Below, one piece after another: positions 28,468-38,866 of a stretch of DNA of 64,000 nucleotides (within the stretch, counting starts at the first letter, position 1; each line of letters starts with the position of its first letter). Made by a program: the position numbers and the translations under genes. The DNA comes from Candidatus Oxydemutatoraceae bacterium. Its GTDB lineage: Bacteria > Pseudomonadota > Gammaproteobacteria > Poriferisulfidales > Oxydemutatoraceae. The notes below the pieces were generated by a model, which had not been told where the DNA came from, made no database searches, and saw only the letters and a program-made list of their open reading frames with translations. The DNA is taken from positions 1,452,769-1,516,768 of the forward strand of contig OZ244779.1 of the NCBI GenBank assembly GCA_965219575.1. The letters are read 5' to 3'.

Positions 28468-28677
28468 GGAACTGTTGAAAAAGTACTGTTTTTGCACAAC
28501 TGCAACCGCTTGCGCCATGAATATTTGCAAACCACCTGTAGGGGCGGACTAGCATGTCCGCCCGTAACGCGTTGTGCCTACACGATTTATACATTCATCC
28601 ATCCAATTTATGGAAACCAAAACCAAATGGCGCAAGTGATTGGATTCGTACGATGCTCGCACTTTTTCAACAGCTTC
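28468..28677. mobile_element. MITE-like composite element, copy E (clearest nested layout)
   Basis: CTGTTGAAAAAGT and ACTTTTTCAACAG termini, inner inverted repeat at 28502 and about 28627, GTAG-REP at 28538-28563, and the core. Confidence 0.8.
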
Positions 28678-28681
28678 TAAG

Positions 28682-28749
28682 GGTCTGCATAGTTGCAGTG
28701 CCGGTCTATTCCCTTCCTGTGGAGGGGTGGCAGGCGAAGCCGGGTGGTC
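28682..28749 (+). repeat. Family II repeat unit with an internal deletion
   Basis: TCTATTCCCTTCCTGTGGAGGGGTGGCAGGCGAAGCCGGGTGGTC. Confidence 0.75.
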
Positions 28750-28812
28750 ATCATAAAAAGTGAGTAAATTAGATATTGTAATAATGGGTCTATTTAGAAG
28801 ATATTTCATACT

Positions 28813-30207
28813 ATGAACGTGCGCACACGCTTTGCCCCAAGCCCCACCGGAACACTCCATATAGGCAATGTTCGCACCGCATTATTTGCATGGCTTTATG
28901 CACGCAGACATCAAGGACAATTCATTCTCCGTATTGAAGATACCGACCGCGAACGTTCCACCGAAGAGTCGGCACAAAATATCCTCACCGAACTTGACTG
29001 GCTAGGATTGAACTACGACGAGGGACCTTATTTTCAAAGCACGCGACACGCACACTATAAAGCAGCTGCCGAGCGATTGCTCGACGAGGGCAAGGCATAT
29101 TATTGCTACTGCACCAAAGAAGAACTAGCCGAGCGCGCCGCAGGCTTTTCCGATAAAGGTTTTGCCGCCTGGGGCTACGACGGGAAATGTCGTAATCGCA
29201 CCGAACCGCGTCCGGGCGTAGAACCTACGATACGCATCAAAACACCGGATACCGGCACCACCGGCTTCGATGACTGCGTGCATGGTCATACCGAAATTGA
29301 AAATGAACATCTAAGTGATATCGTTATTATGCGCGCCGACGGTACGCCGACTTATAATTTTGCGGTTGTAGTGGACGATACCGACATGCGAATAACCCAT
29401 GTACTGCGCGGCGACGACCACTTGCATAATACCTTCCAGCAAATCAATCTGCTTAATCACTTGAACGCAACGATACCGACTTATGCACATTTGCCGATGG
29501 TATTGCGAGAAGACGGGCATCGCCTTTCCAAGCGCGACCGTGCGGCAGGCATCGTCAACTATAGAGAGCAAGGCTATTTACCGCATGCACTGCTAAATTA
29601 TCTGGTGAGATTAGGTTGGTCCAAAGGCGATCAGGAAATCTTTAGTATGGAGGAACTGATAACGCATTTTGATTTGCCGGCAATCCATAAATCCTCCGCC
29701 GCATTGAATACCGAAAAACTGGATTGGCTCAACGCACACTATCTCTGCGAGATGCCGATTTCCGAACTTGGTCGGACGATAGAAAATCTTTTAATTGCGC
29801 AGGGCGTACGCATAAAACAAACACCACCATTCGCCGATATTGTTATGGAGATGCGATCTCGCTATAAGACGCTGTCTACACTTGCCGAAGGATTACTCTT
29901 TATCTATAAAACACCCGATTACGATACCGAGACCGCAAAGCAATATCAAGATCCGAATACCGTGGAGTTGTTAAAGGCATTGCTGGAACATATTCGGACA
30001 ATTGAAGATTGGGATGCAGAAACACTGAAAGCGGCATTATCCGATTTCAGTAGTGCGCGTGGCATCAAAATGGGGATGATCGGTAAGCCGGTGCGCTATG
30101 TGCTAACCGCCGGCGCACCCAGCCCGGCATTGGGACATGTGATGCTGTGGATCGGCAAAGAAGAGTGTCTAGCCAGAATGACTCATTTTATCGGAAACCA
30201 TCGGTAG
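28813..30207 (+). CDS. gltX: Glutamate--tRNA ligase
   Basis: RFAPSPTG.LHIGN, LRIEDTD, LSKR. Confidence 0.96.
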   Translation: MNVRTRFAPSPTGTLHIGNVRTALFAWLYARRHQGQFILRIEDTDRERSTEESAQNILTELDWLGLNYDEGPYFQSTRHAHYKAAAERLLDEGKAYYCYCTKEELAERAAGFSDKGFAAWGYDGKCRNRTEPRPGVEPTIRIKTPDTGTTGFDDCVHGHTEIENEHLSDIVIMRADGTPTYNFAVVVDDTDMRITHVLRGDDHLHNTFQQINLLNHLNATIPTYAHLPMVLREDGHRLSKRDRAAGIVNYREQGYLPHALLNYLVRLGWSKGDQEIFSMEELITHFDLPAIHKSSAALNTEKLDWLNAHYLCEMPISELGRTIENLLIAQGVRIKQTPPFADIVMEMRSRYKTLSTLAEGLLFIYKTPDYDTETAKQYQDPNTVELLKALLEHIRTIEDWDAETLKAALSDFSSARGIKMGMIGKPVRYVLTAGAPSPALGHVMLWIGKEECLARMTHFIGNHR

Positions 30208-30212
30208 GAGTA

Positions 30213-30597
30213 GTCCATTCCCCTCCTTTGGAGGAGTGGCAGGCGCAATAGAACCGCCGATTAAGCCAGTAGATTAATCGGCGTGACATTGTGCAGAACC
30301 TTGATACATACTACAAAATGTAAAACCTTTCCATGGGGTGGTTATCTCGTTGGGCTGTTGAAAAAGTATCCACGAACTATAAGACGGTACATTCCCCTCC
30401 TTTGGAGGGGTGGCAGGCGCAGCCTGACGGGGTGGTTATCTCGTGGAGCTGTTGAAAAAGTATCCACGAACTATAAGACGGTACATTCCCCTCCTTTGGA
30501 GGGGTGGCAGGCGCAGCCTGACGGGGTGGTCGCTGCGTATCTGCACTAGTTAATTCCTCTCCTTTGAAGGGTTGATAAGTGTAGCCTGGCGGGTTGG
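30213..30597 (+). repeat. Repeat cluster: family II copies, a family III hairpin and a 94-bp tandem duplication
   Basis: Family II at 30213, 30387, 30481 and a degenerate copy at 30553. Hairpin III at 30256-30282. Period-94 duplication at 30335-30530. Confidence 0.85.
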
Positions 30598-30680
30598 TTC
30601 ACAACCGCCTGCACCACCTGATTACGCAAAACATTTATAACTTAAATCGTAGTCTTACAAACACATCATTCTATCGTTGG

Positions 30681-31460
30681 CTACGACGCTTTTTTTATCG
30701 TAACAAAAATAAAATTTTCCTCAATACGAAAATCAGCCGGCGGATTACCGTTATTTTCCAATGCCTTACGAACCTTAACTAGACCTTCCCCAGATTTTTT
30801 TATAAAACCTATATTCTTCATCATTTCGGAAATCGTAGGGTTGCGGTAACTTTTAATATATCCGTTACCGAAATTCTCTTTGGTTACCTCGCCATAAACA
30901 CCTCCCGGACCACTAATCTCAATCTTATCGGTAAACCAGTAGGCTCGTACGGGTGTGTAACTTTGATAGTTTCTGTGGATGACTGCGTTGCGGACAAGTT
31001 CCCGCAATGCTTGATAGGGATAATCCGGCGACTCAATATGAGTAGTTCCACCGGTATCGAGTGAAACAGATATATTTGCTTTCAAAATATTATCTAATTG
31101 GCGTAGTTGGTCGGGTAGGGTGCCTTTAATTTCTTGGTGATTTTTGATTGGATCTGTGACTTTGTTCCCCTCAAAGCGGACAAACTGGATATAGGCACCG
31201 GGAAACCAATAACGAGTGTCCTTGCCCAACATCAAAATTGCCGTAATCGTGGGTCTATTCTCTGGTGTAAGTAAACGCAACGATTGCATTTGTTCTTCCG
31301 GATTATGTTTGTTTTCCTTTAATACTTCGGGTGATACAGCATAAGGCAGGTATCCTTGTGTGAACCTTTGCATGTCAATATCATCTATAGATGCATCCGG
31401 TACTCCGTGCATATCGTGCGGTAATTGCCCCCAGCGTCGCTTTTCGGTATCGTTCAACAT
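30681..31460 (-). pseudogene. RecG-C-terminal (HATPase_c_4-type) ATP-binding protein, apparently lacking its N-terminal AlbA/Schlafen domain
   Basis: ALRELVRNAVIHRNY, IEISGPGG and YRNPTI motifs. The ORF starts at what looks like the interdomain linker. Confidence 0.55.
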
Positions 31461-31512
31461 ATAGCTATTCTCAATATAAACAAGATTTTATCAACGATAC
31501 ATTATGCAGTTT

Positions 31513-32523
31513 TTAACCTAGTATGTGCGGAGAACCTAAAAAAGCGACAGCGGATTGACCTTGGACTGCTTCTTGTAGCAGTGCTTCGGAATGACTTGCA
31601 GAGATGATTTGGGAATTTTGTTGTTCTGCGACTTCGTTTATACGATTGTATATTTGCTTTTGACGCAAAATTTCTAGATGTGCATCGGGTTCGTCCAGAA
31701 GGAAGACCGTATCGGTTTGGCTATCGTATAGATACGCCAATAACAATAATACTTGCTGCATACCACGACCGGATGAGGCTAGATCTAATTTTGTATTACT
31801 GTCTTTGTCGGCATAACTCATGGTTATGGTGCCGCGAGATGGCACGAACTCCGGTGCATCAAGTTGCACACCGAATAAATCCTTTATATGTTCTACTAAA
31901 GACTGCCACTTCTCTTGGTTTTTGTCTTCATAAACTTTATAGCATAAATTTCGTAAGACTTCAGCAGTTTGTCCTTGCCCCAATAAAACATTGATACGTC
32001 CTTCTCGTATCAGTGCTTCTTCGGTAGCCAAGCCGGACATCGGAGGCAAAAAAGCCAGTTTTGTCGCTATTGCCTTTGAGGGGACTTCCATACGAGTGAG
32101 GTTATCTTCGGAGTCAATTCGTAAAGGACGGCAAAAAAATGCTTCCGGATTGGAATAGTCGAATTCCAACCCACATTCCCATTCCTCTCCTTGACTCATT
32201 CCTTCGACTATTAAATCAATGCGTATATTTTCATTAGAGCCTCTGCGTACTTTACGATTGAACCAAATAGAATCTACTTCTGCTACCGGTAATGGAATTA
32301 AATCCAATCTATTGATGGTGACACCCGGACGCTGAACAGGAATTTGATCTTTTGAGGCATATTTTTCTGCCCATTTCTGTAGACCTATATTCCATAAAGT
32401 TAAGGCTTGCAAAGCCGATGTTTTACCACTGTTGTTCGGACCGACAAACAGAAATCCATTACCTAAAGGTATTTCTGCTGTCTCGAATAACTTAAAGTTT
32501 CGTATGGTGATTTTTGTAAGCAT
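31513..32523 (-). CDS. ABC-type ATPase (AAA_15/AAA_21, OLD/AbiEii-like), probably C-terminally truncated
   Basis: IRNFKLF, GPNNSGKT, SGRGMQQ, LLDEPDAHLE, SHS. It stops about 25 aa after the H-loop. Start at 32523 after AAGAGGA. Confidence 0.75.
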   Translation of the reverse strand: MLTKITIRNFKLFETAEIPLGNGFLFVGPNNSGKTSALQALTLWNIGLQKWAEKYASKDQIPVQRPGVTINRLDLIPLPVAEVDSIWFNRKVRRGSNENIRIDLIVEGMSQGEEWECGLEFDYSNPEAFFCRPLRIDSEDNLTRMEVPSKAIATKLAFLPPMSGLATEEALIREGRINVLLGQGQTAEVLRNLCYKVYEDKNQEKWQSLVEHIKDLFGVQLDAPEFVPSRGTITMSYADKDSNTKLDLASSGRGMQQVLLLLAYLYDSQTDTVFLLDEPDAHLEILRQKQIYNRINEVAEQQNSQIISASHSEALLQEAVQGQSAVAFLGSPHILG

Positions 32524-32734
32524 TTTATGTCCTCTTATTGCAAACAAGGTTTTACCGGCGATATATAATGCAGCTACATGTTTTTTTCATAATTTGTTGA
32601 TTATGCTCGGCAATCGGCAAAGCGTATCTTAATCGTTTATTATACAAAGATTTTCAAACACATCGTGTGGCAATTCTACCGTATATTATTTTGATGACTT
32701 CAAAATATATCTAAGAATGTTTGCCGAATAGATA

Positions 32735-33871
32735 TCAAACCATCTTTTCTCTTTTACAGAAATCTTCGAAAGAAGTCAGGCTTATATTCCTCTCTATTTG
32801 TCGGTTGTCGGCTTCCAACGATATTTGATAAAAGGTTTTGATAGGGGTTCTTTGCCGAAAGTAAAAGATGTGGGGAGAGATTGAGGTAGCTTTTAATTTA
32901 CATTCCACGGCAAAGCACGGCTTTTTATTCTTGAGAACCACGAAATCTACCTCTCTTTTATCGGTATCCCTTAGATATCTCAATTCCATTTTGTATCCGT
33001 TCACATCCTCATGAAAATGGCAATACTTCAAGAGCTGACAAGCCATCATATTTTCAAATCTTATCCCCGGATCCTCTATTTGACTCCAATCCCATAGATA
33101 AAGTTTCTGCTCTTTTTTGACGGCACGTATTTGCGGCGATCCCCAAGGTGCAATTTGAAAGCAATAATAAAGTGCATCGAGAATACCCAGCCATCTTTTG
33201 GTTGTTTTAGAGTCAACTTCAAGGTCTTCCGAGAGAGAATTTATCGAAAGCGGGGAGCCGACTCGTCTAGGAAGTTCTTCCGCCAATAGTTCCACTTTAT
33301 CTATATCCTTGACACTTTCTAAATCGCGTAAATCTTCTCTGACGATTTTAGCTAATCTTTCTCGGTGCCATTTTCTTAGATGCTTTTTGTCCGCACGCAA
33401 AAAAACTTCGGGGAAGCCTCCGTATGTAAAAAGTTTATTTAGCTTATCTTTGCTTATACCGACTTCGGGAAGAGAGAAGGGGTGAAGCCTATAATAGTAA
33501 TATCTTCCTAGTAGAGAATCTCCGCCTTTTCTGAAATAATCGAGTCTTGCCGAACCGGTAATAATAAAACTATGCGTATTTTTCAAGGTGTCGTAGATAC
33601 CTTTGATCAGATTTCTCCAGTTCTTATATTTATGGATTTCGTCGAAGATAATAAATTTTTCGGAAGCCGGCCATTGGTGATCTTTGATTTTTCGACGGTG
33701 GCTTTCTAAATCCCAGTTTAGATAAGCAGGGTGTCCGTCTTTATAATTTTTTAGTAGAGATTGAGCCAATGTGGTTTTGCCCGATTGCCTAGGACCGCCC
33801 AAGAAAACCATCCTTTTTTTTAAATCCGAACGCACCGAACGCTCCAAATATCTTGTGAGTAAAACAGACAT
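32735..33871 (-). CDS. AAA_14 ATPase + DUF4143 protein
   Basis: GPRQSGKTT, FDEIH, ITGSA, YGGFPE, KLYLWD, REVDFV..AVECK. Confidence 0.88.
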   Translation of the reverse strand: MSVLLTRYLERSVRSDLKKRMVFLGGPRQSGKTTLAQSLLKNYKDGHPAYLNWDLESHRRKIKDHQWPASEKFIIFDEIHKYKNWRNLIKGIYDTLKNTHSFIITGSARLDYFRKGGDSLLGRYYYYRLHPFSLPEVGISKDKLNKLFTYGGFPEVFLRADKKHLRKWHRERLAKIVREDLRDLESVKDIDKVELLAEELPRRVGSPLSINSLSEDLEVDSKTTKRWLGILDALYYCFQIAPWGSPQIRAVKKEQKLYLWDWSQIEDPGIRFENMMACQLLKYCHFHEDVNGYKMELRYLRDTDKREVDFVVLKNKKPCFAVECKLKATSISPHIFYFRQRTPIKTFYQISLEADNRQIERNISLTSFEDFCKREKMV

Positions 33872-33893
33872 AACTCCATTTTACTCATGAGTA
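33856..33893. promoter_or_regulatory. Inverted repeats over the start codon and SD of the AAA_14-DUF4143 gene
   Basis: TGAGTAAAA (33856-33864) pairs with TTTTACTCA (33879-33887); palindrome TACTCATGAGTA at 33882-33893. Confidence 0.4.
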
Positions 33894-34056
33894 TTCTGGA
33901 GTCAAACTATAGAATTATTACCGCACTGGGAAACAGTGATGCGGCTGATAGATTTTTGGCATTACACTCAAAGTGGATTTTTATACTATCGTTCCTGCAA
34001 ATACGCAATAAACTTGATGTTCGGTAGTACGAAGTTCCGGAGAGGGAGGAGGTTAC

Positions 34057-34113
34057 AAAAGAAAGAGGAGGATTATAAAATCCTCCTCAAATAGCCTTAT
34101 ACAATTACTCTTC
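34057..34113 (-). ncRNA. Candidate ~57-nt small RNA or leader, copy 2, ending in an intrinsic terminator (which may also terminate uvrA)
   Basis: Minus strand reads TATGAT...ATTGTATAAGGCTAT-TT-GAGGAGGATT-TTAT-AATCCTCCTC-TTTCTTTT; homologous to 18799-18866. Confidence 0.45.
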
Positions 34114-34182
34114 ATCGTATCATAGAAAGTCAAAAAACAAACAAAATTTTTAACAATCTCAAATCCATAGACAAAATGTAAA

Positions 34183-34221
34183 GACCACCTTGTCAGGCTT
34201 CGTTCTTTATGGAGAAGGAAT
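34183..34221 (-). repeat. Degenerate family II repeat
   Basis: GACCACCTTGTCAGGCTT...GGAGAAGGAAT resembles the ends of the 19.2-kb copies. Confidence 0.5.
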
Positions 34222-34268
34222 ACTACTTTTTTAGTAGTGCCGGGTTAGATCTAATCGATAACGATACT

Positions 34269-37088
34269 TTAGGATAGATACGGTTTGAGGTAGCGGCCGG
34301 TCCATGAATCGGGGTTGGCTGCAACCGTCTCGGGGTTACCGATTGCAATCACCTGTCCGCCTTTATCACCCCCCTCGGGACCTAAGTCTATAATCCAGTC
34401 GGCAGTTTTGATGACATCTAGGTTATGTTCTATGACGATAATCGTGTTGCCTTCGTTGCGTAGGCGATAGAGGACTTTCAACAGCTGCTCTATATCTTGA
34501 AAATGTAATCCGGTGGTAGGCTCATCCAATAAATATAAGGTTTTTCCTGTACTTCGCTTAGCAAGTTCACGCGATAGTTTAATACGCTGTGCTTCTCCGC
34601 CCGATAGCGTGGTGGAGTTCTGTCCGAGTTTGACATAAGACAAACCTACATCGACTAAGGTTTGTAGTTTATTGCGAATCACCGGAATGGCATGGAAAAA
34701 GACGATTGCTTCTTCTACGGTCATTTCCAGTATCTGATGGATATTTTTTTCTTTGTAGCAAATATCCAGTGTTTCTCGGTTATAGCGTAATCCTTTGCAT
34801 ACATCGCAGCGTACATAAATATCGGGCAGAAAGTGCATTTCTACTTTGACTACACCGTCGCCTTGGCAGGCTTCGCATCGTCCTCCTTTAACATTAAAGC
34901 TAAAGCGTCCGGGTTGATAGCCTCGGGTACGCGATTCGGGTGTTTTTGAAAATAATTCTCGCACCGGTGTAAATATACCGGTATAAGTTGCCGGATTAGA
35001 GCGTGGGGTGCGACCTATGGGGCTTTGGTCTATGTTGATGATTTTATCGACTTGCTCTAAACCGACGATTTCTTTGCACGGTGCCGGATGTAGATTGCTA
35101 CGATGTAGCGTGTTCGCAATATGTTTGTATAGGGTTTCGTTGATCAAAGTAGATTTTCCCGAACCGGATACCCCGGTAATGCAAGTCATCAGACCCAAAG
35201 GGATATTGACATTGATATTTTTGAGATTATTGCCGCGTGCTTTTTTGATTTTCAGCACACGCTTGGGTTGCATTGTCACACGCTCGGGAATTGCAATTAC
35301 GCGTTTGCCGGAGAGATATTGCCCGGTGAGCGACTTTGAGTTTTTGGCTATTTGACCGGGCTTACCGCAAGCGACCACGGTGCCGCCGTGCTCACCGGCA
35401 CCGGGACCTATATCCAGAATATAGTCCGCCGACTCGATTGCGTCTTTGTCGTGTTCTACGACGAGCACGCTATTACCCAAATCGCGTAGTTCGCTTAAGG
35501 TATTGAGTAACCTTTTATTATCTCGTTGGTGTAGGCCTATAGAGGGTTCATCCAAAATATACATCACACCGACGAGTTGCGAGCCGACTTGGCTGGCAAG
35601 GCGGATGCGTTGCGCTTCTCCGCCCGATAGCGTTTCGGCACTGCGGCTAAGCGACAAATAATCAAGCCCCACATTGACTAAGAATTTCAAGCGGTGGCGT
35701 ATTTCGGCTAGGATTTTATCGGCAATTTTGGCTTGTTTCTCGCCGAGTTTCAAATGCTTGAAAAATTCCAGTACCTCGGCTGTGTTCATTGCCGAGATCT
35801 CGGGCAACCGCGTTTTTGCGATATACACATGGCGTGCCGCCAAATTGAGCCTTTCACTGTCGCATACATGACAATTTTGTAGCGATAAAAAGCTCCGTAG
35901 TTTTTCTTTGACTTGTTCGGAGGTTGTTTGTTCGTAACGCTCCAGCATACCGGTGATGATGCCTTTGAAAGCATGGCGATGGCTGATATATTTACCGACA
36001 CTGTTGCGATAACGGAACTCTATCTTTTGTCTCTTGTCGCCGTAGAGTATCACTTGTCTCAGCGCATGTTTGAGCGTAGCGAATTTTTGTTCGGCATCGA
36101 AGCCGTAATGCCGAGCAAGTGATGTGATCGTATCCACATAATGTTCGTTGCGGCGATCCCAACCGCGTATCGCACCGCCCAACAAGCTAAGTTCGGGATT
36201 GACGATTTTGTCCTCGTCAAAGTACTCGATGACCCCTAAACCATCACATTCGGGACATGCCCCGACCGGATTGTTAAAAGAGAATAGGCGAGGTTCCAAT
36301 TCGCTTAGCGTATAACCGCAGTGCGGGCAGGAAAAACTTGCCGAAAAAAGCATTTGTTTCTCGGGGTGGTTCACCGGCAAGGCGATGGCAAGGTCGTTCG
36401 CCATCGATAACGCAACCTCCAACGACTCGGCGATACGTTGTTGTGCATTTTCTCTGACTTTCAGTCGATCTATTACGACCTCTATCGTGTGCTTTTTGTA
36501 CAGTGCCAATTTGGGTTGCTCGCCTATTTCGTATATCGTATCGTTGATGCGCACTCTTAGAAATCCTTGCAACTTCAGATCGTCGAATAACTTACTATAT
36601 TCGCCTTTGCGTTCGCGTACGATAGGGGCGAGGATCAGCAAAGCGGTATCTTCGGGAAAACTCATAATGCGATCGACCATTTGACTTACGGTTTCGCTCT
36701 TCAGCGGTACACGATGTTCGGGACAGTGGGGTGTACCGATACGCGCATAAAGTAGCCGCAAATAATCGTGTATTTCGGTGACCGTGCCGACCGTAGAACG
36801 CGGGTTGTGCGAAGTGCTTTTTTGATCGATGGAAATCGCCGGAGACAATCCTTCTATTTGATCGACATCGGGTTTTTCCATACGCGTCAGAAATTGCCGT
36901 GCGTAGGCGGAGAGCGATTCTACATAGCGTCTTTGACCTTCGGCAAAAATCGTATCGAAAGCTAGAGAGGATTTACCGGAACCCGAAAGCCCGGTGATGA
37001 CGACGAGCTTGTTTCTGGGGATTTCTATATCTACATTCTTTAAGTTATGGGTTCGGGCACCTTTTATGTGAATTATGTTCTTAGGCAT
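34269..37088 (-). CDS. uvrA: Excinuclease ABC subunit A
   Basis: GARTHNLKN, two Walker A motifs ([18 protein letters not shown]), Zn fingers, and LSGGEAQRI twice. Confidence 0.98.
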   Translation of the reverse strand: MPKNIIHIKGARTHNLKNVDIEIPRNKLVVITGLSGSGKSSLAFDTIFAEGQRRYVESLSAYARQFLTRMEKPDVDQIEGLSPAISIDQKSTSHNPRSTVGTVTEIHDYLRLLYARIGTPHCPEHRVPLKSETVSQMVDRIMSFPEDTALLILAPIVRERKGEYSKLFDDLKLQGFLRVRINDTIYEIGEQPKLALYKKHTIEVVIDRLKVRENAQQRIAESLEVALSMANDLAIALPVNHPEKQMLFSASFSCPHCGYTLSELEPRLFSFNNPVGACPECDGLGVIEYFDEDKIVNPELSLLGGAIRGWDRRNEHYVDTITSLARHYGFDAEQKFATLKHALRQVILYGDKRQKIEFRYRNSVGKYISHRHAFKGIITGMLERYEQTTSEQVKEKLRSFLSLQNCHVCDSERLNLAARHVYIAKTRLPEISAMNTAEVLEFFKHLKLGEKQAKIADKILAEIRHRLKFLVNVGLDYLSLSRSAETLSGGEAQRIRLASQVGSQLVGVMYILDEPSIGLHQRDNKRLLNTLSELRDLGNSVLVVEHDKDAIESADYILDIGPGAGEHGGTVVACGKPGQIAKNSKSLTGQYLSGKRVIAIPERVTMQPKRVLKIKKARGNNLKNINVNIPLGLMTCITGVSGSGKSTLINETLYKHIANTLHRSNLHPAPCKEIVGLEQVDKIINIDQSPIGRTPRSNPATYTGIFTPVRELFSKTPESRTRGYQPGRFSFNVKGGRCEACQGDGVVKVEMHFLPDIYVRCDVCKGLRYNRETLDICYKEKNIHQILEMTVEEAIVFFHAIPVIRNKLQTLVDVGLSYVKLGQNSTTLSGGEAQRIKLSRELAKRSTGKTLYLLDEPTTGLHFQDIEQLLKVLYRLRNEGNTIIVIEHNLDVIKTADWIIDLGPEGGDKGGQVIAIGNPETVAANPDSWTGRYLKPYLS

Positions 37089-37147
37089 TATAATACTCTG
37101 TTATCGGTTAACCCACTTACGACAAATCAGAAACTAAACAGCGAAAC

Positions 37148-38323
37148 ATGAATAAGATTGAACAGCGTACCGCGCTAAGTTTGAGTAGTGTTTACGCGCT
37201 TCGTATGTTCGGTTTATTTCTAATTTTACCGGTGTTTGCATTACACAGCTATGAGTTTAAGTTCGCAACATCTTCCTTAGCGGGGATTGCTCTGGGGATT
37301 TACGGTTTGACCCAAGCGTGCTTGCAGATTCCTATGGGATTGCTGTCCGATCGCGTGGGTCGCAAGACGGTTATTATAGCCGGGTTTGTATTATTTTGCA
37401 TCGGGAGTCTTATTGCCGCACTTGCCGAAACGATATACGGGGTCATTTGGGGTCGTGCGTTGCAAGGTGCCGGTGCGGTTGCATCTACCTTGATGGCATT
37501 GGCTGCCGACTTAACTCGCGAAGAACAGCGCGCCAAGATCAACACATTAATCGGCGGCGGTATTGTGCTGGCTTTTGCGCTGGCATTGGTGGGTGCACCG
37601 GTATTACATGGATATATCGCATTATCGGGTATATTTTGGTTATCGGCTCTGCTCGCTCCGCTTGCGATACTCATCGTGATATACGGCGTACCGAAGGTTC
37701 CCGACAACGATAAAACTTCGATTGCCGAACAATGGCAGGGCAATCGTATCAGAGATGCGTTGCGCAATAAGGAGTTATTGCGTCTGTACTTCGGTGTCTT
37801 CGCACTCCATGCGGCGATGGCGACAAACTTTCTAATCTTACCGCAGGCAATTATCGATCGTCTCGAGTTGGCGAGTGCCGAGCATTGGATTTTCTATCTG
37901 CTGATATTGATCGGTTCGGTATTGTTGATGTGGCCGGCGTTGGGCTGGGGAGAAAAAAAGAGGCGTGTCCGAGAAGTGTTCCTCGGCGCAATTTTTCTAC
38001 TCATTTTGAGTCAACTGTGCTGGTACTTGAGCAGCAGCGGTGCCACATTGTTTATCTTTATGTTATTATTTTTTACCGCATTCAATTATTTAGAAGCTAA
38101 TTTACCCGCTTTGCTGAGCCGTAAATGCCATCCATCGGCCAGAGGCAGTTGCATGGGAGTCTTTTCTACCGCCCAGTTTTTAGGAATATTCGTAGGTGCA
38201 AGCAGCGGTGGATTTTTATTGGGTTTTGGGGGAGTGAGTATAATAATTCCATCTGTATTAGTGCTGTTCGTCTGGTTTTTATGTGCGTTCGGCATGAAAG
38301 CCGAAACCGCAAGGCGTATTTGA
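37148..38323 (+). CDS. MFS transporter (YajR-like)
   Basis: LRMFGLFLILPV, GLLSDRVGRK motif A, about 12 TMs; uvrA/MFS/ssb context. Confidence 0.9.
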   Translation: MNKIEQRTALSLSSVYALRMFGLFLILPVFALHSYEFKFATSSLAGIALGIYGLTQACLQIPMGLLSDRVGRKTVIIAGFVLFCIGSLIAALAETIYGVIWGRALQGAGAVASTLMALAADLTREEQRAKINTLIGGGIVLAFALALVGAPVLHGYIALSGIFWLSALLAPLAILIVIYGVPKVPDNDKTSIAEQWQGNRIRDALRNKELLRLYFGVFALHAAMATNFLILPQAIIDRLELASAEHWIFYLLILIGSVLLMWPALGWGEKKRRVREVFLGAIFLLILSQLCWYLSSSGATLFIFMLLFFTAFNYLEANLPALLSRKCHPSARGSCMGVFSTAQFLGIFVGASSGGFLLGFGGVSIIIPSVLVLFVWFLCAFGMKAETARRI

Positions 38324-38364
38324 GGCAATATGGGTATTTTTAACCAACATATAGGAGAATACTA

Positions 38365-38841
38365 ATGGCTAGAGGAATAAACAAAGCAATTTTAATAGGT
38401 AATTTAGGACAAGACCCCGAAATCAGATATGCGCCGAGTGGTGCTGCGATTTGTAATATGACGCTCGCAACCAACGAGAGTTGGAAAGACAAGGACAGCG
38501 GCGAGAGACACGAACGAACCGAGTGGCATAGGCTGGTATTTTTCGGTCGTTTGGCGGAAATCGCACATGAATATCTGCACAAGGGTTCACAAATTTACAT
38601 AGAAGGTAAGATACAAACTAGGAAGTGGAATACGCAAAGCGGAGAGGAGCGGACGACAACGGAGATTGTCGTCTCCGATATGCAGATGTTGGGTGGTAGA
38701 AGCAATACCGCGGAGTACGACAGCGACAAAACTTCGCACGGCAATAAACCACCCAATGCACCCGCTAAAACCGGAGTAGAGGATACCTTGGATGTAACGT
38801 CTTCCGCAGATTCCGAGATTAACGACGATATACCTTTTTGA
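38365..38841 (+). CDS. ssb: Single-stranded DNA-binding protein
   Basis: [23 protein letters not shown]-terminal DDIPF. Confidence 0.98.
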   Translation: MARGINKAILIGNLGQDPEIRYAPSGAAICNMTLATNESWKDKDSGERHERTEWHRLVFFGRLAEIAHEYLHKGSQIYIEGKIQTRKWNTQSGEERTTTEIVVSDMQMLGGRSNTAEYDSDKTSHGNKPPNAPAKTGVEDTLDVTSSADSEINDDIPF

Positions 38842-38866
38842 TAGAAGTTGAGCATTTATACCGGCA

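Noticed and set aside
30335-30530. Possible CRISPR array
   Set aside because: Only two units with identical interiors, so no unique spacers. No cas genes are present, and the units are made of the dispersed repeat modules.
37089-37147. LexA box upstream of uvrA
   Set aside because: No CTGT-N8-ACAG in the 59-bp intergenic region.
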